Positions 21,559-31,055 of a stretch of DNA of 64,000 nucleotides are shown in pieces. Location of the stretch: the NCBI GenBank assembly GCA_965218585.1, contig CBDCLE010000026.1:224001-288000 (forward strand). Direction: 5' to 3'. The notes beneath the pieces were generated by a model that saw only the letters and a program-made list of their open reading frames with translations, was not told the DNA's origin and made no database searches. Within the stretch, counting starts at the first letter, position 1; each line of letters begins with the position of its first letter. A program made the position numbers and the translations under genes. The DNA comes from Terriglobia bacterium. Its GTDB lineage: Bacteria > Acidobacteriota > Terriglobia > 20CM-2-55-15.

Positions 21559-22566
21559 TCAGAAGGTCCACACGATCAGGATCGAAGCGCCGATGTAGCC
21601 GAACGCTTCGAGGAGGCCCGCGCCGATGTTTGGATGTTCCTGCGTCTGCTCGTCAGCAAGGTTAACGCCGGACGCCAGCAAGATGTCCGTAAATTTGTGG
21701 ACTAGGAACAACATGATGAACCCAAATACCACGTAGACGGCGAATTGGAGCAGGCTATCGGTCCAACCGGTGAAATCGCCGCCGACTGCCACACTGATGA
21801 CATTGCCGATACCGATGAGCGCCCCTCCGAACGCCAGGCCCACCGCGGCGTTGTCTCGCTCCAGTTCTTCAAGGAACTTGTACGGGGTCATCAGCTCGTA
21901 CAGTCGTCCGGCGACCACCAGCACCACCTGAGCGAGTAGCCAGAAAGCCAGCAGGATCAGCATGCCGGAACCCAGGTCGCCGAATGTGCTCGATGTCCGA
22001 GAAGCTTCCCCTGAATCACCCGCACTGGCGCCAAGAATGATCAGACCGTTGGCGATGTATACGCCGGCCTCGACGAACCCCACGCCGAGGTTGCGATCTT
22101 GGACAACCTCTTTGGTGTTGTTGAATGTAGCCAGAAGGATCTTCTCGCACATGACGCTTGCAAGAAGCATGAGGACGATCGCGGAAAGACCGTAGACGCC
22201 GATCGTAACCACGTCCGTTCCGAGGCCCTGTGTTTCGCCCGAAATCGCCCCACCGAAAGCGATTAGAATTCCAAAGTAAAATCCGACCGTGGAAACTGCG
22301 AGTGCCAGGTTGTCCCGGCTGAAGAGTTCCTTATTCAAATCCACGCGCCGATACAGACTGGAATAAGCAAACTTCGCGATCCACAAGAGAACAAACGCTT
22401 CGAGGATATAAACGAAGGATTCGGCAATCAGGTAAAGATTGTCCGCCAGAGAAACCTGCGCCGGCAGTGGAATAGAAGTCTGCGCGGAGAGGGCAAATTC
22501 CAGTCCGGTGATTACTGGGGCGGCTAACAGAAGTGCGGCGGCGTGAAAGGCCGGCTGTTTGCTCAT
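21559..22566 (-). CDS. Membrane protein with tandem DUF350 domains
   Basis: Repeated EL...N.AV/ALG motifs (ELFSRDNLALAV, EVVQDRNLGVG, ELERDNAAVG, EQTQEHPNIGAG); about 8-9 TM segments. Confidence 0.85.
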   Translation of the reverse strand: MSKQPAFHAAALLLAAPVITGLEFALSAQTSIPLPAQVSLADNLYLIAESFVYILEAFVLLWIAKFAYSSLYRRVDLNKELFSRDNLALAVSTVGFYFGILIAFGGAISGETQGLGTDVVTIGVYGLSAIVLMLLASVMCEKILLATFNNTKEVVQDRNLGVGFVEAGVYIANGLIILGASAGDSGEASRTSSTFGDLGSGMLILLAFWLLAQVVLVVAGRLYELMTPYKFLEELERDNAAVGLAFGGALIGIGNVISVAVGGDFTGWTDSLLQFAVYVVFGFIMLFLVHKFTDILLASGVNLADEQTQEHPNIGAGLLEAFGYIGASILIVWTF

Positions 22567-22598
22567 AGTAAAATTCCTGTTGTGTCGTCGATCGCGGA

Positions 22599-23354
22599 TC
22601 ATTTCCCCAGGCTGCGTCCCCCCGAGGCCGCCCGACTGGCTGCTCTGGCTTGGAAACGCGACTGTTTGGCTTGATACCTCTGAGAGAAAGATGGACGCGT
22701 TGTGGCCGTCGACGTACCGTTCGCGCCGAAGGTGGGCCGCCCTCCGGTCTGAGGGCCGTAATAGGGCTGTCCGCGATTCCTCGAACCGGCGTAGGAGTCG
22801 TAGTCCCCCCGATTGATCTGGTGACCACCCAGCGCGGCGCTCATGAACGCGTACTGCCCGTAAAAGATCCAGAAACCGCCGGGACCAAAGTAACCGTATT
22901 GGCTCCGGCCCACATGCTGATAGTAGGGAGGGTGGCTCTGGTCATAGCCGGTCAAGGTGCCATCCGCATTCTTTGCGGCCACGACCATGCCGATGGATCG
23001 TTCATAGCGGTCCACCAGCCTGTCGGAAATGGAATACGTGTTCACCCGTTCATCAAACTGAGCCGCTTCTCCCTCGTCGGGATCCTCTCCGATCGGCTCG
23101 GTGACCTGGTAGCTGCTCTTGAGCGACATGCGATTCCGCAGAAACCCGTCTTGGACGTCGTCTACGATGATCGAATACTCGGAATACTCGGCAAGCTCCT
23201 GCACCAGCCTGGGAACCGGGTCACCCCTGGAGAGCAAGCCGCCGACTAACCAGAACCCCACGAGTATTACGACCACGACCATGCCCGCCAGGAGCCAGAA
23301 CTCCTGGTTTGTCTGCCTGGTGGGCATTCTTAGATTTCTTGGATCATTTCTCAT
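22599..23354 (-). CDS. Conserved hypothetical single-TM protein with aromatic/Gly motif and Arg/Ser/Gly-rich tail
   Basis: N-terminal TM; PPYYQHVGRSQYG..FWIFYGQYAFMS; tail SRAASGGRSLGK. Confidence 0.75.
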   Translation of the reverse strand: MRNDPRNLRMPTRQTNQEFWLLAGMVVVVILVGFWLVGGLLSRGDPVPRLVQELAEYSEYSIIVDDVQDGFLRNRMSLKSSYQVTEPIGEDPDEGEAAQFDERVNTYSISDRLVDRYERSIGMVVAAKNADGTLTGYDQSHPPYYQHVGRSQYGYFGPGGFWIFYGQYAFMSAALGGHQINRGDYDSYAGSRNRGQPYYGPQTGGRPTFGANGTSTATTRPSFSQRYQAKQSRFQARAASRAASGGRSLGK

Positions 23355-23365
23355 ACTGCTAGTTC

Positions 23366-23917
23366 CTATGCATTCCCACTCGGCAGGATGTTCGTGAATT
23401 GATACTCTCCCACATATTCACCAGCGACGGCCTTGAAATCCCTTTCTCCGTACTGCGTTACGAACAGCACATTCGTTCCTGAGTCATCACAGTAGGTCCA
23501 ACTAATGAAGCTTTTGCCCGGGCCTGTGGCGTTTTCATGGAACAGACCCGCGCCGCTCTCCATCAGCCTATGGTTCCGCCCATTGTAGGTCAAGTGATTG
23601 GGGGGATCTTCATGTCGGAGGGTATGTTCAATGACGTCCTCGGAGAATTGGCTGATAGAAATGCTTTCTGTCAGCGTCCAGGAAGTTTCGCCGTCACTAT
23701 CAGCGCGCTCCAGGTAGACGACCTTGCCGGAGGTCTCGATCACCCATTCCTTGGTCTCGCATCCGGAGTAGTCGTAGGTATTGTACGCTTTGACCTCCCA
23801 TGTCTCCATATCGTAATCAACCAGGTATCCAGCCTTCATTGCGCCCAACCGATAGTCCACCAGCGAATCGGATTCCTCATCGTCACCCCCCCGGCCAAAC
23901 CATTCTTTCAATCCCAT
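23366..23917 (-). CDS. DUF4178-like protein
   Basis: G.LVDYD..TWEV...YDY...EW, PP..LTYNG, WTY.D, FVTQYGE.DF. Confidence 0.75.
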   Translation of the reverse strand: MGLKEWFGRGGDDEESDSLVDYRLGAMKAGYLVDYDMETWEVKAYNTYDYSGCETKEWVIETSGKVVYLERADSDGETSWTLTESISISQFSEDVIEHTLRHEDPPNHLTYNGRNHRLMESGAGLFHENATGPGKSFISWTYCDDSGTNVLFVTQYGERDFKAVAGEYVGEYQFTNILPSGNA

Positions 23918-23945
23918 TGTTTAATTTTCCCCGGGGAGCATCGGA

Positions 23946-25538
23946 CTACCATCGAGCGAGATCTTCGCGATAATACCTCGCGAGAGTCGGTTGTTCCAAG
24001 GTATTAGGCTCGACCTCAACACGGGTCATGTCCGCATCGAAATCAAAATTGGCCAAGAACAACTCCTTGGTCAGGTAACGCAGCCCGGGCATAAACTGAA
24101 CGCTGGCAGGATCGATCGGTGCCTCGGACCCGATATGAAAGCCCCATTCGCCGAAGGAAGGTACGTAAGCGTGAAATGAGAGCACCTCGAGATCCGCTTC
24201 TTCCATCGATTTGCCGATACACCAGTAGGCCTGGCGCGTGTAGTAAGGGCTCGTCGCCTGAGCAATTACCACTCCTCCGGGAGCCAGATGCCGACGAATA
24301 AGCTTGTACGCTTCGACCGAGAACAGTTTTGAGATCTCTTCTTCTCGCGGATCTGGAAGATCGATTACGACCACCGAATAGGGTTCGTGTTCCCTCTGCA
24401 GAAAACTAAACCCATCTTCGTTAATCACCCGGACCCGGGGGTGGCTCAGGGCGTTCCGGTTCAGGTCGGTAAAATAGAGATTGCGCCTGGCCAGCGTCGT
24501 CATAGCCGGATCGAGGTCCACCAGCTCGATCTCTTCCACCTCTGAATACCGCAGGATTTCACGAACGGCGAGCCCGTCACCGCCGCCGACGACCAGAACC
24601 CGTGCCCGGCTATGCGAAAATGCCATGGCAGGGTGGACCAGCGCTTCGTGATACCGGTACTCGTCGACTGAGGAGAACTGTAGGTGCTCGTTCAAAAAGA
24701 GTCGGGTTTCGTCCTTCCAGCGCGTAACCACAATCTTCTGATATTCGGTCTCCGTGCTGAAAACCACCTGGCCTTCGTAGAGGGAATCTTCCCACCGATC
24801 CATCAGGGGTTGGGCTTGACTTGCAAATACGGCCAACACAGCAGAAATCAGGACGCCCTGGACGACGAGTCGTGCCCGGTCTCCGGCCGATATTTCGGCC
24901 CACACGGCGAGAAGGATGGCCGAACCGGCGGCAACGTTGAGGGCGCCGGCAAGGAGTGATGTATGAAACGCCCCGAGAACCGGCAAACAAAAGAATGGGA
25001 AGAGAACAGCGGCGACCAGAGCGCCAACGTAATCGACCGAAAGCACATTCGACAGGATCGTCCGCAACGATCCGTGTCTTCGTAGGATCCGTGTGAGGAG
25101 TGGGATCTCCAGTCCGATGAGCGTGCCGATGATCAGGATGATGACCAGCATCAGGTATTTGTAGACGCTGGTGTAAGCGTTCGCGAGGTACAGAGCGGGA
25201 ACTGTCAGACCTCCGAACAATCCGAGCCACAGTTCCAACGCCACCAACCGCCGGATCAATTCCCCGTGAACGGCCCTCGAGATCCACGAGCCCAGGCCCA
25301 TCGCGAACAGAAAGAATCCGATCGTCAGCGAGTACTGCTCGACACTGTTGCCCAGGAAATACGACGAGATACTTCCGACCAGTAACTCGTAGACGATTCC
25401 GCACGCCGCGGCGACGAAAATCGATGCGAGTATCAGGAACAGACCCAGCCTCGACAGCCTCTCTTCTCCCGACCCGACATCGTCGAACTCTAGTTCGTTG
25501 GGGGTGAGATTGGTGTCAGTTGTCTTGGTGATGCTCAT
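23946..25538 (-). CDS. speE: Membrane-anchored polyamine aminopropyltransferase (spermidine synthase-like)
   Basis: About 7 N-terminal TMs (ACGIVYELL); LQFSSVDEYRYHEALVHP, VVGGGDGLAVRE, IDLPDP, YVPSFGEWGF. Confidence 0.92.
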   Translation of the reverse strand: MSITKTTDTNLTPNELEFDDVGSGEERLSRLGLFLILASIFVAAACGIVYELLVGSISSYFLGNSVEQYSLTIGFFLFAMGLGSWISRAVHGELIRRLVALELWLGLFGGLTVPALYLANAYTSVYKYLMLVIILIIGTLIGLEIPLLTRILRRHGSLRTILSNVLSVDYVGALVAAVLFPFFCLPVLGAFHTSLLAGALNVAAGSAILLAVWAEISAGDRARLVVQGVLISAVLAVFASQAQPLMDRWEDSLYEGQVVFSTETEYQKIVVTRWKDETRLFLNEHLQFSSVDEYRYHEALVHPAMAFSHSRARVLVVGGGDGLAVREILRYSEVEEIELVDLDPAMTTLARRNLYFTDLNRNALSHPRVRVINEDGFSFLQREHEPYSVVVIDLPDPREEEISKLFSVEAYKLIRRHLAPGGVVIAQATSPYYTRQAYWCIGKSMEEADLEVLSFHAYVPSFGEWGFHIGSEAPIDPASVQFMPGLRYLTKELFLANFDFDADMTRVEVEPNTLEQPTLARYYREDLARW

Positions 25539-27241
25539 TGAACTGCGTCCGTCTCTCCGGATAGCCCCTTGATCGATGATTCGAATGTCCTGCCGAGGCA
25601 CTCCAGGACCTGTTCGGCCGCCCGGATGCCGGAAAAACAGGCTTCTTCGAACAGCGGCAGTCCTGTCGTGTCACACGAGGCGAAATACACGTTTCCGGCA
25701 GGCTCCCTCCGAGTGACGCTTTCTAGGCCCCATATGAGTCCCGGCCTCGGCCGGATCATGGCGTGACCCCACCGGTAAACGTCGATGCGGTCTACGACAC
25801 GCTCCAGGTCCGGATGGGCCACCAGTAGGTCCCGCATGATCACGTTGACCCAGTACGGATGTTCTTCTTCAAGGAGCTTCCTACGAGCAAGGTCGATGTC
25901 CTCGACGAACGGTAGATAGTAAACCAGGACCGATGGGTTGTCTCTGTAGACCTGCCGGGTTTGATGATCAGCGACAATGTAGCCCAGGGATTGGCTGTCG
26001 CCGAGCACATTGTCCCACGCGATCGAGACTTCGGCGTTTGTGGGCAACTCGCTCACGTGGATACTGGCGGTCAGCCATGGGCTGTAATCACAAGATTCGA
26101 TCGCTTCTACCTGGGGCCCTGGCAATCCATCGACCAGGAAAGGCGCGGTGTGGAGCTTGGAGGCATGGATCACGGTTCGGGCCGAAATAGTGCGATATGT
26201 CTCACTCGGTGTATCGAAGTAGCCGACCCGAACGCCGGAATTGTCGTTATCGATGTTGTCGATCCGGAGCACCGTGCATCCGAGCCGGTATTGCGAGTCC
26301 TCCAGGTCTTGAGCTAAGCGTTGTACGAGAAACCCGTTTCCCGCGGGCCACGTCAACGTATCCGAAGGGTACTGGTCCCACAGCCGCTTGTCGTAGTATC
26401 GGCAGGCGAAATAGTGAATGCCGGCCCAGGCCGACACGGTTGCCATCGTGCTCCCGTAATCGTCCCGGCAAGCATGGTTGATCATCCAATCCAACCGTGG
26501 CGAATTCCATCCTTTGGAGCGGACGTAGGTTTCCATCGAAATGTTGTCGAGTTCACGAACCCGGGAGTCCGTGGTGCTGTAGCTGAGAGGGAGTGAGAAT
26601 GCGCGCCGGCCGTCAAAACCACGGTAAAGCGTCCAGGTCAGCATGTCGTCCTCAAAAGCAAGTATGGCTTCCCGGTCCTGGGTTGAGGCCCCGGCGAGCA
26701 GATCCCATTCGATCCATCTTCCGTCCATGAAGAGACGTTCGGTGGGCCATCGCAGGATATGTTGTTCGGGAATCCTCGGCCGTCCGGCCTCATCGTAGCC
26801 TTCGATGATGCCCAGGTCGGACAGGACTTCTTTGACGCAATCCGCTTCCGCGGGCGGAATATTGATGTAGTGTGCCGCCCAGGGGAATTCCGCGCCCTCT
26901 GCGCTTCCGGACGCGGATGTGCCTCCAAGCCAGGGCTCCAGTTCGAGCAGGACAAGGTTGTCCAGTCCGGCTTTCATCAGCTTCCAGGCTGCGCACAGTC
27001 CAGAAACGCCACCTCCGACGATGGCGACGTCGTAGGTATGAGCATCAGGCTCGGGAAACCGATCGCGAGGGCGAGGTTCGCGAAGAAGATGCCCCGCCTG
27101 CTGGCCCCCGCCCACGATTTGCCCCGGGATATTGAAGGTCCTCGGAGGCGGAGTGCCTGAATTCCAGCACGAAGGCACGACCGCCAGGAGGCTGCCGGTC
27201 GCGGAGAGGCGAATGAACCGACGGCGTGTAAAGAACGACAT
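25535..27241 (-). CDS. FAD-dependent amine oxidase family protein with Tat/lipoprotein signal
   Basis: TRRRFI twin-arginine, VVPSC lipobox-like motif, GGGVSGL Rossmann motif, CRDDYG..VSAWAGIHYFA, RWGHAM, LPLFEEA. Confidence 0.9.
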   Translation of the reverse strand: MSFFTRRRFIRLSATGSLLAVVPSCWNSGTPPPRTFNIPGQIVGGGQQAGHLLREPRPRDRFPEPDAHTYDVAIVGGGVSGLCAAWKLMKAGLDNLVLLELEPWLGGTSASGSAEGAEFPWAAHYINIPPAEADCVKEVLSDLGIIEGYDEAGRPRIPEQHILRWPTERLFMDGRWIEWDLLAGASTQDREAILAFEDDMLTWTLYRGFDGRRAFSLPLSYSTTDSRVRELDNISMETYVRSKGWNSPRLDWMINHACRDDYGSTMATVSAWAGIHYFACRYYDKRLWDQYPSDTLTWPAGNGFLVQRLAQDLEDSQYRLGCTVLRIDNIDNDNSGVRVGYFDTPSETYRTISARTVIHASKLHTAPFLVDGLPGPQVEAIESCDYSPWLTASIHVSELPTNAEVSIAWDNVLGDSQSLGYIVADHQTRQVYRDNPSVLVYYLPFVEDIDLARRKLLEEEHPYWVNVIMRDLLVAHPDLERVVDRIDVYRWGHAMIRPRPGLIWGLESVTRREPAGNVYFASCDTTGLPLFEEACFSGIRAAEQVLECLGRTFESSIKGLSGETDAVQ

Positions 27242-27254
27242 TGCTGGATGATAC

Positions 27255-27956
27255 TCAGATGCCCATCTTCTTCTTGAGCTCAGCCAGCGAGTCGCTGGTC
27301 TCGGCCGAGCTGGGCACCGCAAGGGTTCTGTCTATCTCCTGGTCCAGGGTGACGCTCGCGTCGGTCATGTCTCCGTAAGACTCGGCAAGCGACTCCTCCT
27401 CTATCACTTTGTCCTTCATCCTTTCCAGTAGTGCAATCGTACTGGAGGAGTCGACGTTCGACATCTGCTGGTTGATTTTCCGCATCGATGTCGCCGTCTT
27501 GGCACGGGCTCTCAAGGTCACCAACTCGGTCTCGAAGCGGCTGATGGTTTCCTTCAGAGTTCCCACCTTCGCCTGGAGCTGATCCCCCATGGATTTCTGC
27601 TGCTCGTAATCCTTCTTTAAGGAACCTGAGCGTTGGAGAGCCTCCTCCTTCTTGGTCAAGGCTTCAGTTGCCAGACGTTCCGCGTCAGCTTCGGGCAGAT
27701 CCCCACTCTTCATTTTCTGGAGAAGAAGCATCGCTTTTCTTTCGTAATCCTTCGCAAGCTTTTTCTGGTCGTCCGAGTCTTTCTTGAAACGAATTGCGAT
27801 CGCTTTAACTTGCGCCAGACTCTGCATGGAGCCCTGCAGGTCTTTCTTCAGGTCGCGAATTCCCTGCTCGCTCATCTTGATCGGATCTTCGAGCTTATCC
27901 ACGACCGAATGTGCCTGGGACTGTACGTTTTTGAAAATTCTTTGAAAAAAACTCAT
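27255..27956 (-). CDS. pspA: PspA/IM30 family protein
   Basis: MSFFQRIF amphipathic N-terminus, DKLEDPIKMSEQGIRDL, long coiled coil, LAELKKKMG. Confidence 0.93.
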   Translation of the reverse strand: MSFFQRIFKNVQSQAHSVVDKLEDPIKMSEQGIRDLKKDLQGSMQSLAQVKAIAIRFKKDSDDQKKLAKDYERKAMLLLQKMKSGDLPEADAERLATEALTKKEEALQRSGSLKKDYEQQKSMGDQLQAKVGTLKETISRFETELVTLRARAKTATSMRKINQQMSNVDSSSTIALLERMKDKVIEEESLAESYGDMTDASVTLDQEIDRTLAVPSSAETSDSLAELKKKMGI

Positions 27957-28372
27957 TTGTCAGCTCCCCCCGACTGTCGGTAACTAAATTCCAGCAACTC
28001 TGGGCCGTTTTCGGCCAGGGCAAGCTCCAGCGACCGGATGGAGCCTTCCAACTCGTTACAATCCAGGTTTTCCAATTGCAAGGTATCGCGGAAAAGGACG
28101 CGGTTACCCTCTTCGTCGTCGAGCACAAACGCTCCATGTACCATGGTTCGGTTCATCTGGAGGAGGCGTTTGAAGAAATCTCCAGCATCCTCGGGGACGT
28201 CCATGATGAGTTGTTCGAGGATGACGATTGGGGGTTCGCAGTCAATGATCAGGTTATGAATCCCATTCTCCTCATCCCCCACCACGATCAACTCTTCGGC
28301 TTCATCCTCGCTGACGATCTTCAGATCGATGTCGAGCAGATAGCCCTTCACCAAGTCTAGGTTCTCGGACAT
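27953..28372 (-). CDS. YbjN/CesT-like (T3SS-chaperone fold) protein
   Basis: LLQMNRTMVHGAFVLD, VLFRDTLQLENLD.NELEGSI.SL; 4-bp overlap with pspA. Confidence 0.8.
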   Translation of the reverse strand: MSENLDLVKGYLLDIDLKIVSEDEAEELIVVGDEENGIHNLIIDCEPPIVILEQLIMDVPEDAGDFFKRLLQMNRTMVHGAFVLDDEEGNRVLFRDTLQLENLDCNELEGSIRSLELALAENGPELLEFSYRQSGGADK

Positions 28373-28374
28373 GT

Positions 28375-28764
28375 TTACTTCTCCTGTCTGTTTGTCTCGC
28401 TCTGGGACCGCTTCCGCAGCCGCTCGTAAGCACCGTTCAACCGTTGCGTCAGTTCATCGGCTATTCTTCGTTTCTCGAGATCTTTCGAATGCAGATCCGG
28501 GTGGTATTTCCGTAACAGCCGTATCCATGCCTGCCGGACCGTGGTAAGGCTGGAACCATAGGGCACCTCCAGGTTGGAATAGAGCTCGGCCAACTCTGAA
28601 TCGATACGCTGGGCGTTAGATTCTGTATTTCTGCTACCGTGGCCCAGCCCGTGGGCCCGAGTCTGCCTTTGGCGTCCACGTGCCCGATCAGCGTAAATCC
28701 GTCCGTTCGAGCCAGCGTGGAGCTGGGCTCGAATGAAGCGGATCACGCGGGTCACCAGTTTCAA
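28375..28764 (-). CDS. Small protein with C-terminal DnaJ J-domain
   Basis: YSNLEVPYG...VRQAW..LLRKYHPDLH...LNGAYERL. Confidence 0.8.
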   Translation of the reverse strand: MKLVTRVIRFIRAQLHAGSNGRIYADRARGRQRQTRAHGLGHGSRNTESNAQRIDSELAELYSNLEVPYGSSLTTVRQAWIRLLRKYHPDLHSKDLEKRRIADELTQRLNGAYERLRKRSQSETNRQEK

Positions 28765-28893
28765 CCAATCAGCTCCCTCGAAGACAGGTTCTCAAAGACG
28801 ACATTGCGACCTCATCAGAATCATAACTCAATAGGTTATATTTGGCGGTATTGGTAATCTCGCGTTCGTCAGTGAAGGGATGACTCGATCACC

Positions 28894-29952
28894 ATGCTCA
28901 GGTTGATTATGGAATGGTTCCGGCGCTTCAGGCCGGAAAGACATGGCGAAACCGGTAAGGTAATCCTCTTGTTTTCCGCCCTGATCGCCTTGGGTGCGGT
29001 CGGTTATAGACTTTTCGAGGGTGCTGTCGATCCCGAGCTGTCCTGGAACGATGCCATTTGGTGGTCGATCGTTACGATGACGACCGTGGGATACGGGGAC
29101 TATTTTCCAACGACCGTCTACGGTCGCTACCTGGTGGCGATTCCAGTGATGTTTGTCGGCATCGGCATCCTTGGCTACCTGCTCTCGGTGATGGCAACTA
29201 CGTTGATTGAGTCGAGGTCAAAGGAGTTGAAAGGCATGACGGATCTCCGCGTTGAATCCCATGTGCTCGTAGTGAATTTTCAGAGCGAAGGCCGGAATCT
29301 AGAGATTGTCAAGGAGCTGCGGGAGGACTCCAAGACAAAGGACCTTGCAATAGTGTTGGTCGATGACCACCTCGACGAGCTGCCGCCCGAACTGGGGAAA
29401 CTGGGTGTCCGTTTTGTGAAGGGCAACCCATCGAGGGGAAGTGTCCTGCGGCGCGCATGCGTCGACAAGGCGCGTTATGCAATCGTTCTTGCCTCGGAAG
29501 TGGACCAAGTGCGCGCCGATGACCATACTCTCGCCGCGGTCCTTACAATCGAATCGATTAACCCTAACATCTTCACAGTCGCCGAATGCCTCGACCCTGA
29601 GCGTGTGGAACTGATGCGCCGATCGGGATGCGATAGCGTGGTCTGCGTGTCCGGTCTCGCATCGTCCTTCTTAGTTCAGGAGGTTTGCGATCCTGGCATG
29701 CATGCAGTCGTCAACGAACTGATGTCAAATAGATTTGGTCAACAGGTCTACATCGTACCGGTTGAACAAATGCAAAACTGGGAATTTTCTGAGCTGCAGG
29801 CACATCTTTCACAAAAAGGGTGCCTTGTATTGGGAGTACAACGCGGCAGCGAGGCCCTGCTCAACCCAGGGAATGCGTACAAGATCGAAGCGAGCGATCA
29901 CGTCATCTGTATGGGGCCACACAGGCCCGTTCCGGTTCGGATCTCGAGCTAA
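28894..29952 (+). CDS. 2-TM potassium channel with TrkA-N/TrkA-C (RCK) domains, MthK-like
   Basis: WWSIVTMTTVGYGD selectivity filter; FVKGNPS..VLRRA RCK motifs. Confidence 0.93.
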   Translation: MLRLIMEWFRRFRPERHGETGKVILLFSALIALGAVGYRLFEGAVDPELSWNDAIWWSIVTMTTVGYGDYFPTTVYGRYLVAIPVMFVGIGILGYLLSVMATTLIESRSKELKGMTDLRVESHVLVVNFQSEGRNLEIVKELREDSKTKDLAIVLVDDHLDELPPELGKLGVRFVKGNPSRGSVLRRACVDKARYAIVLASEVDQVRADDHTLAAVLTIESINPNIFTVAECLDPERVELMRRSGCDSVVCVSGLASSFLVQEVCDPGMHAVVNELMSNRFGQQVYIVPVEQMQNWEFSELQAHLSQKGCLVLGVQRGSEALLNPGNAYKIEASDHVICMGPHRPVPVRISS

Positions 29953-30123
29953 CGATCCTTGGTCGGTGACTGCGCCTTAGAACGCTTCCAGAACGCGGAT
30001 AGTCCTAACACCAGAACGCCCACTGAGATTGCTCCACAAACAACACCCCAGAACCAATACGGCAAGAATAACTGTCGCGGTCCTAGCTGTACAAATGGCA
30101 CTCAGTGTTTTCTCTCGCGCGGA

Positions 30124-30435
30124 CTATCTTTTCACCAAGACTGCGACGACTGGTGCGGGAGCTATGCCATCCGACGTTGCACAGCTCGCAGATCTACTAC
30201 CGCATCCAGAGTCGGCTCCAACTTCGGCCAAGTCGCGGTAGGCAACGCTGCGATACATCCCCACGTCCGCTACGGCCCGCCTCACACGCCCCTCGAACGT
30301 CTGATGATCCGTGCGCGGATCGTATTCGCGCCGGTGGCCGTCACGCTGCCGCTGTTCTCGCTCCTTCGCGTGGTCGCGCCTGGGGCGGGTGAAGCTCCTG
30401 CGGGAGTCAGGCGTGAAGTCTCGCGGATCGAACAT
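30124..30435 (-). pseudogene. Probable truncated plasmid/ICE protein
   Basis: Follows the ArdC remnant with an AGGA RBS; Arg-rich then ADVGMYRSVAYRDL; C-terminus looks non-native. Confidence 0.35.
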
Positions 30436-30444
30436 GGTCCTTCC

Positions 30445-30771
30445 TTACCGGCCTGGCCCCATGTCTCTCTGCTGTTGTTGCGCGGGCTGCTCGGTGGGTT
30501 GCTTCGGGGTGTGGCTGATTTGCGGACCCCGGGCGTGAGAGTATTGCCGGGTCCACTCCGCCGCCGTCTTCTCCTGGACCGGTGCTTCAACCTCGCGCTC
30601 AATCGCACGATCCACCAGGTAATCGCTCATCTTCTGCGCGTCCCGGGCCGCTCGATGAATCTCATGCGGGTCTTTTTCCAGGACTTCGAGCCAACCCTTC
30701 ACATAGGCGGCTCCGCGCTGCGGGTCATGCCCCACACCAATGCGCTCCCCCGTCATCATGGCGCTGGTCAC
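30445..30771 (-). pseudogene. C-terminal fragment of ArdC-like antirestriction / zincin-like protein
   Basis: AAYVKGWLEVLEKDPHEIHRAARDAQKMSDYL resembles the ArdC C-terminus; N-terminus missing. Confidence 0.65.
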
Positions 30772-31055
30772 GCTATATTGAATTTAAGTAATTGATAACA
30801 CTAGATATGTTGGCAACGCGTCCACTATGATTCCCTCATCAGACCCCTCTTTCTGAACGGGAATCCATTGGACCTTAGAAGACGTCCCTAGACCGCACAG
30901 CGTCCCATGAGAGGGCGGAGCCGGTCCGGTCCCTGTCGGGCAGGGCGGTCGATGGGCAAGACGGGAGTGTCGCTAGATTGGAACCCTCGCGCCGAGGATC
31001 CTGATGAGGGCACGGATTTAACTTCACACACGGAGCGATTCCTACGCGGACCTAG

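Noticed and set aside
30800-31055. Possible ncRNA or attR in the gap before IS1182
   Set aside because: No tRNA remnant, convincing stem or recognisable motif found
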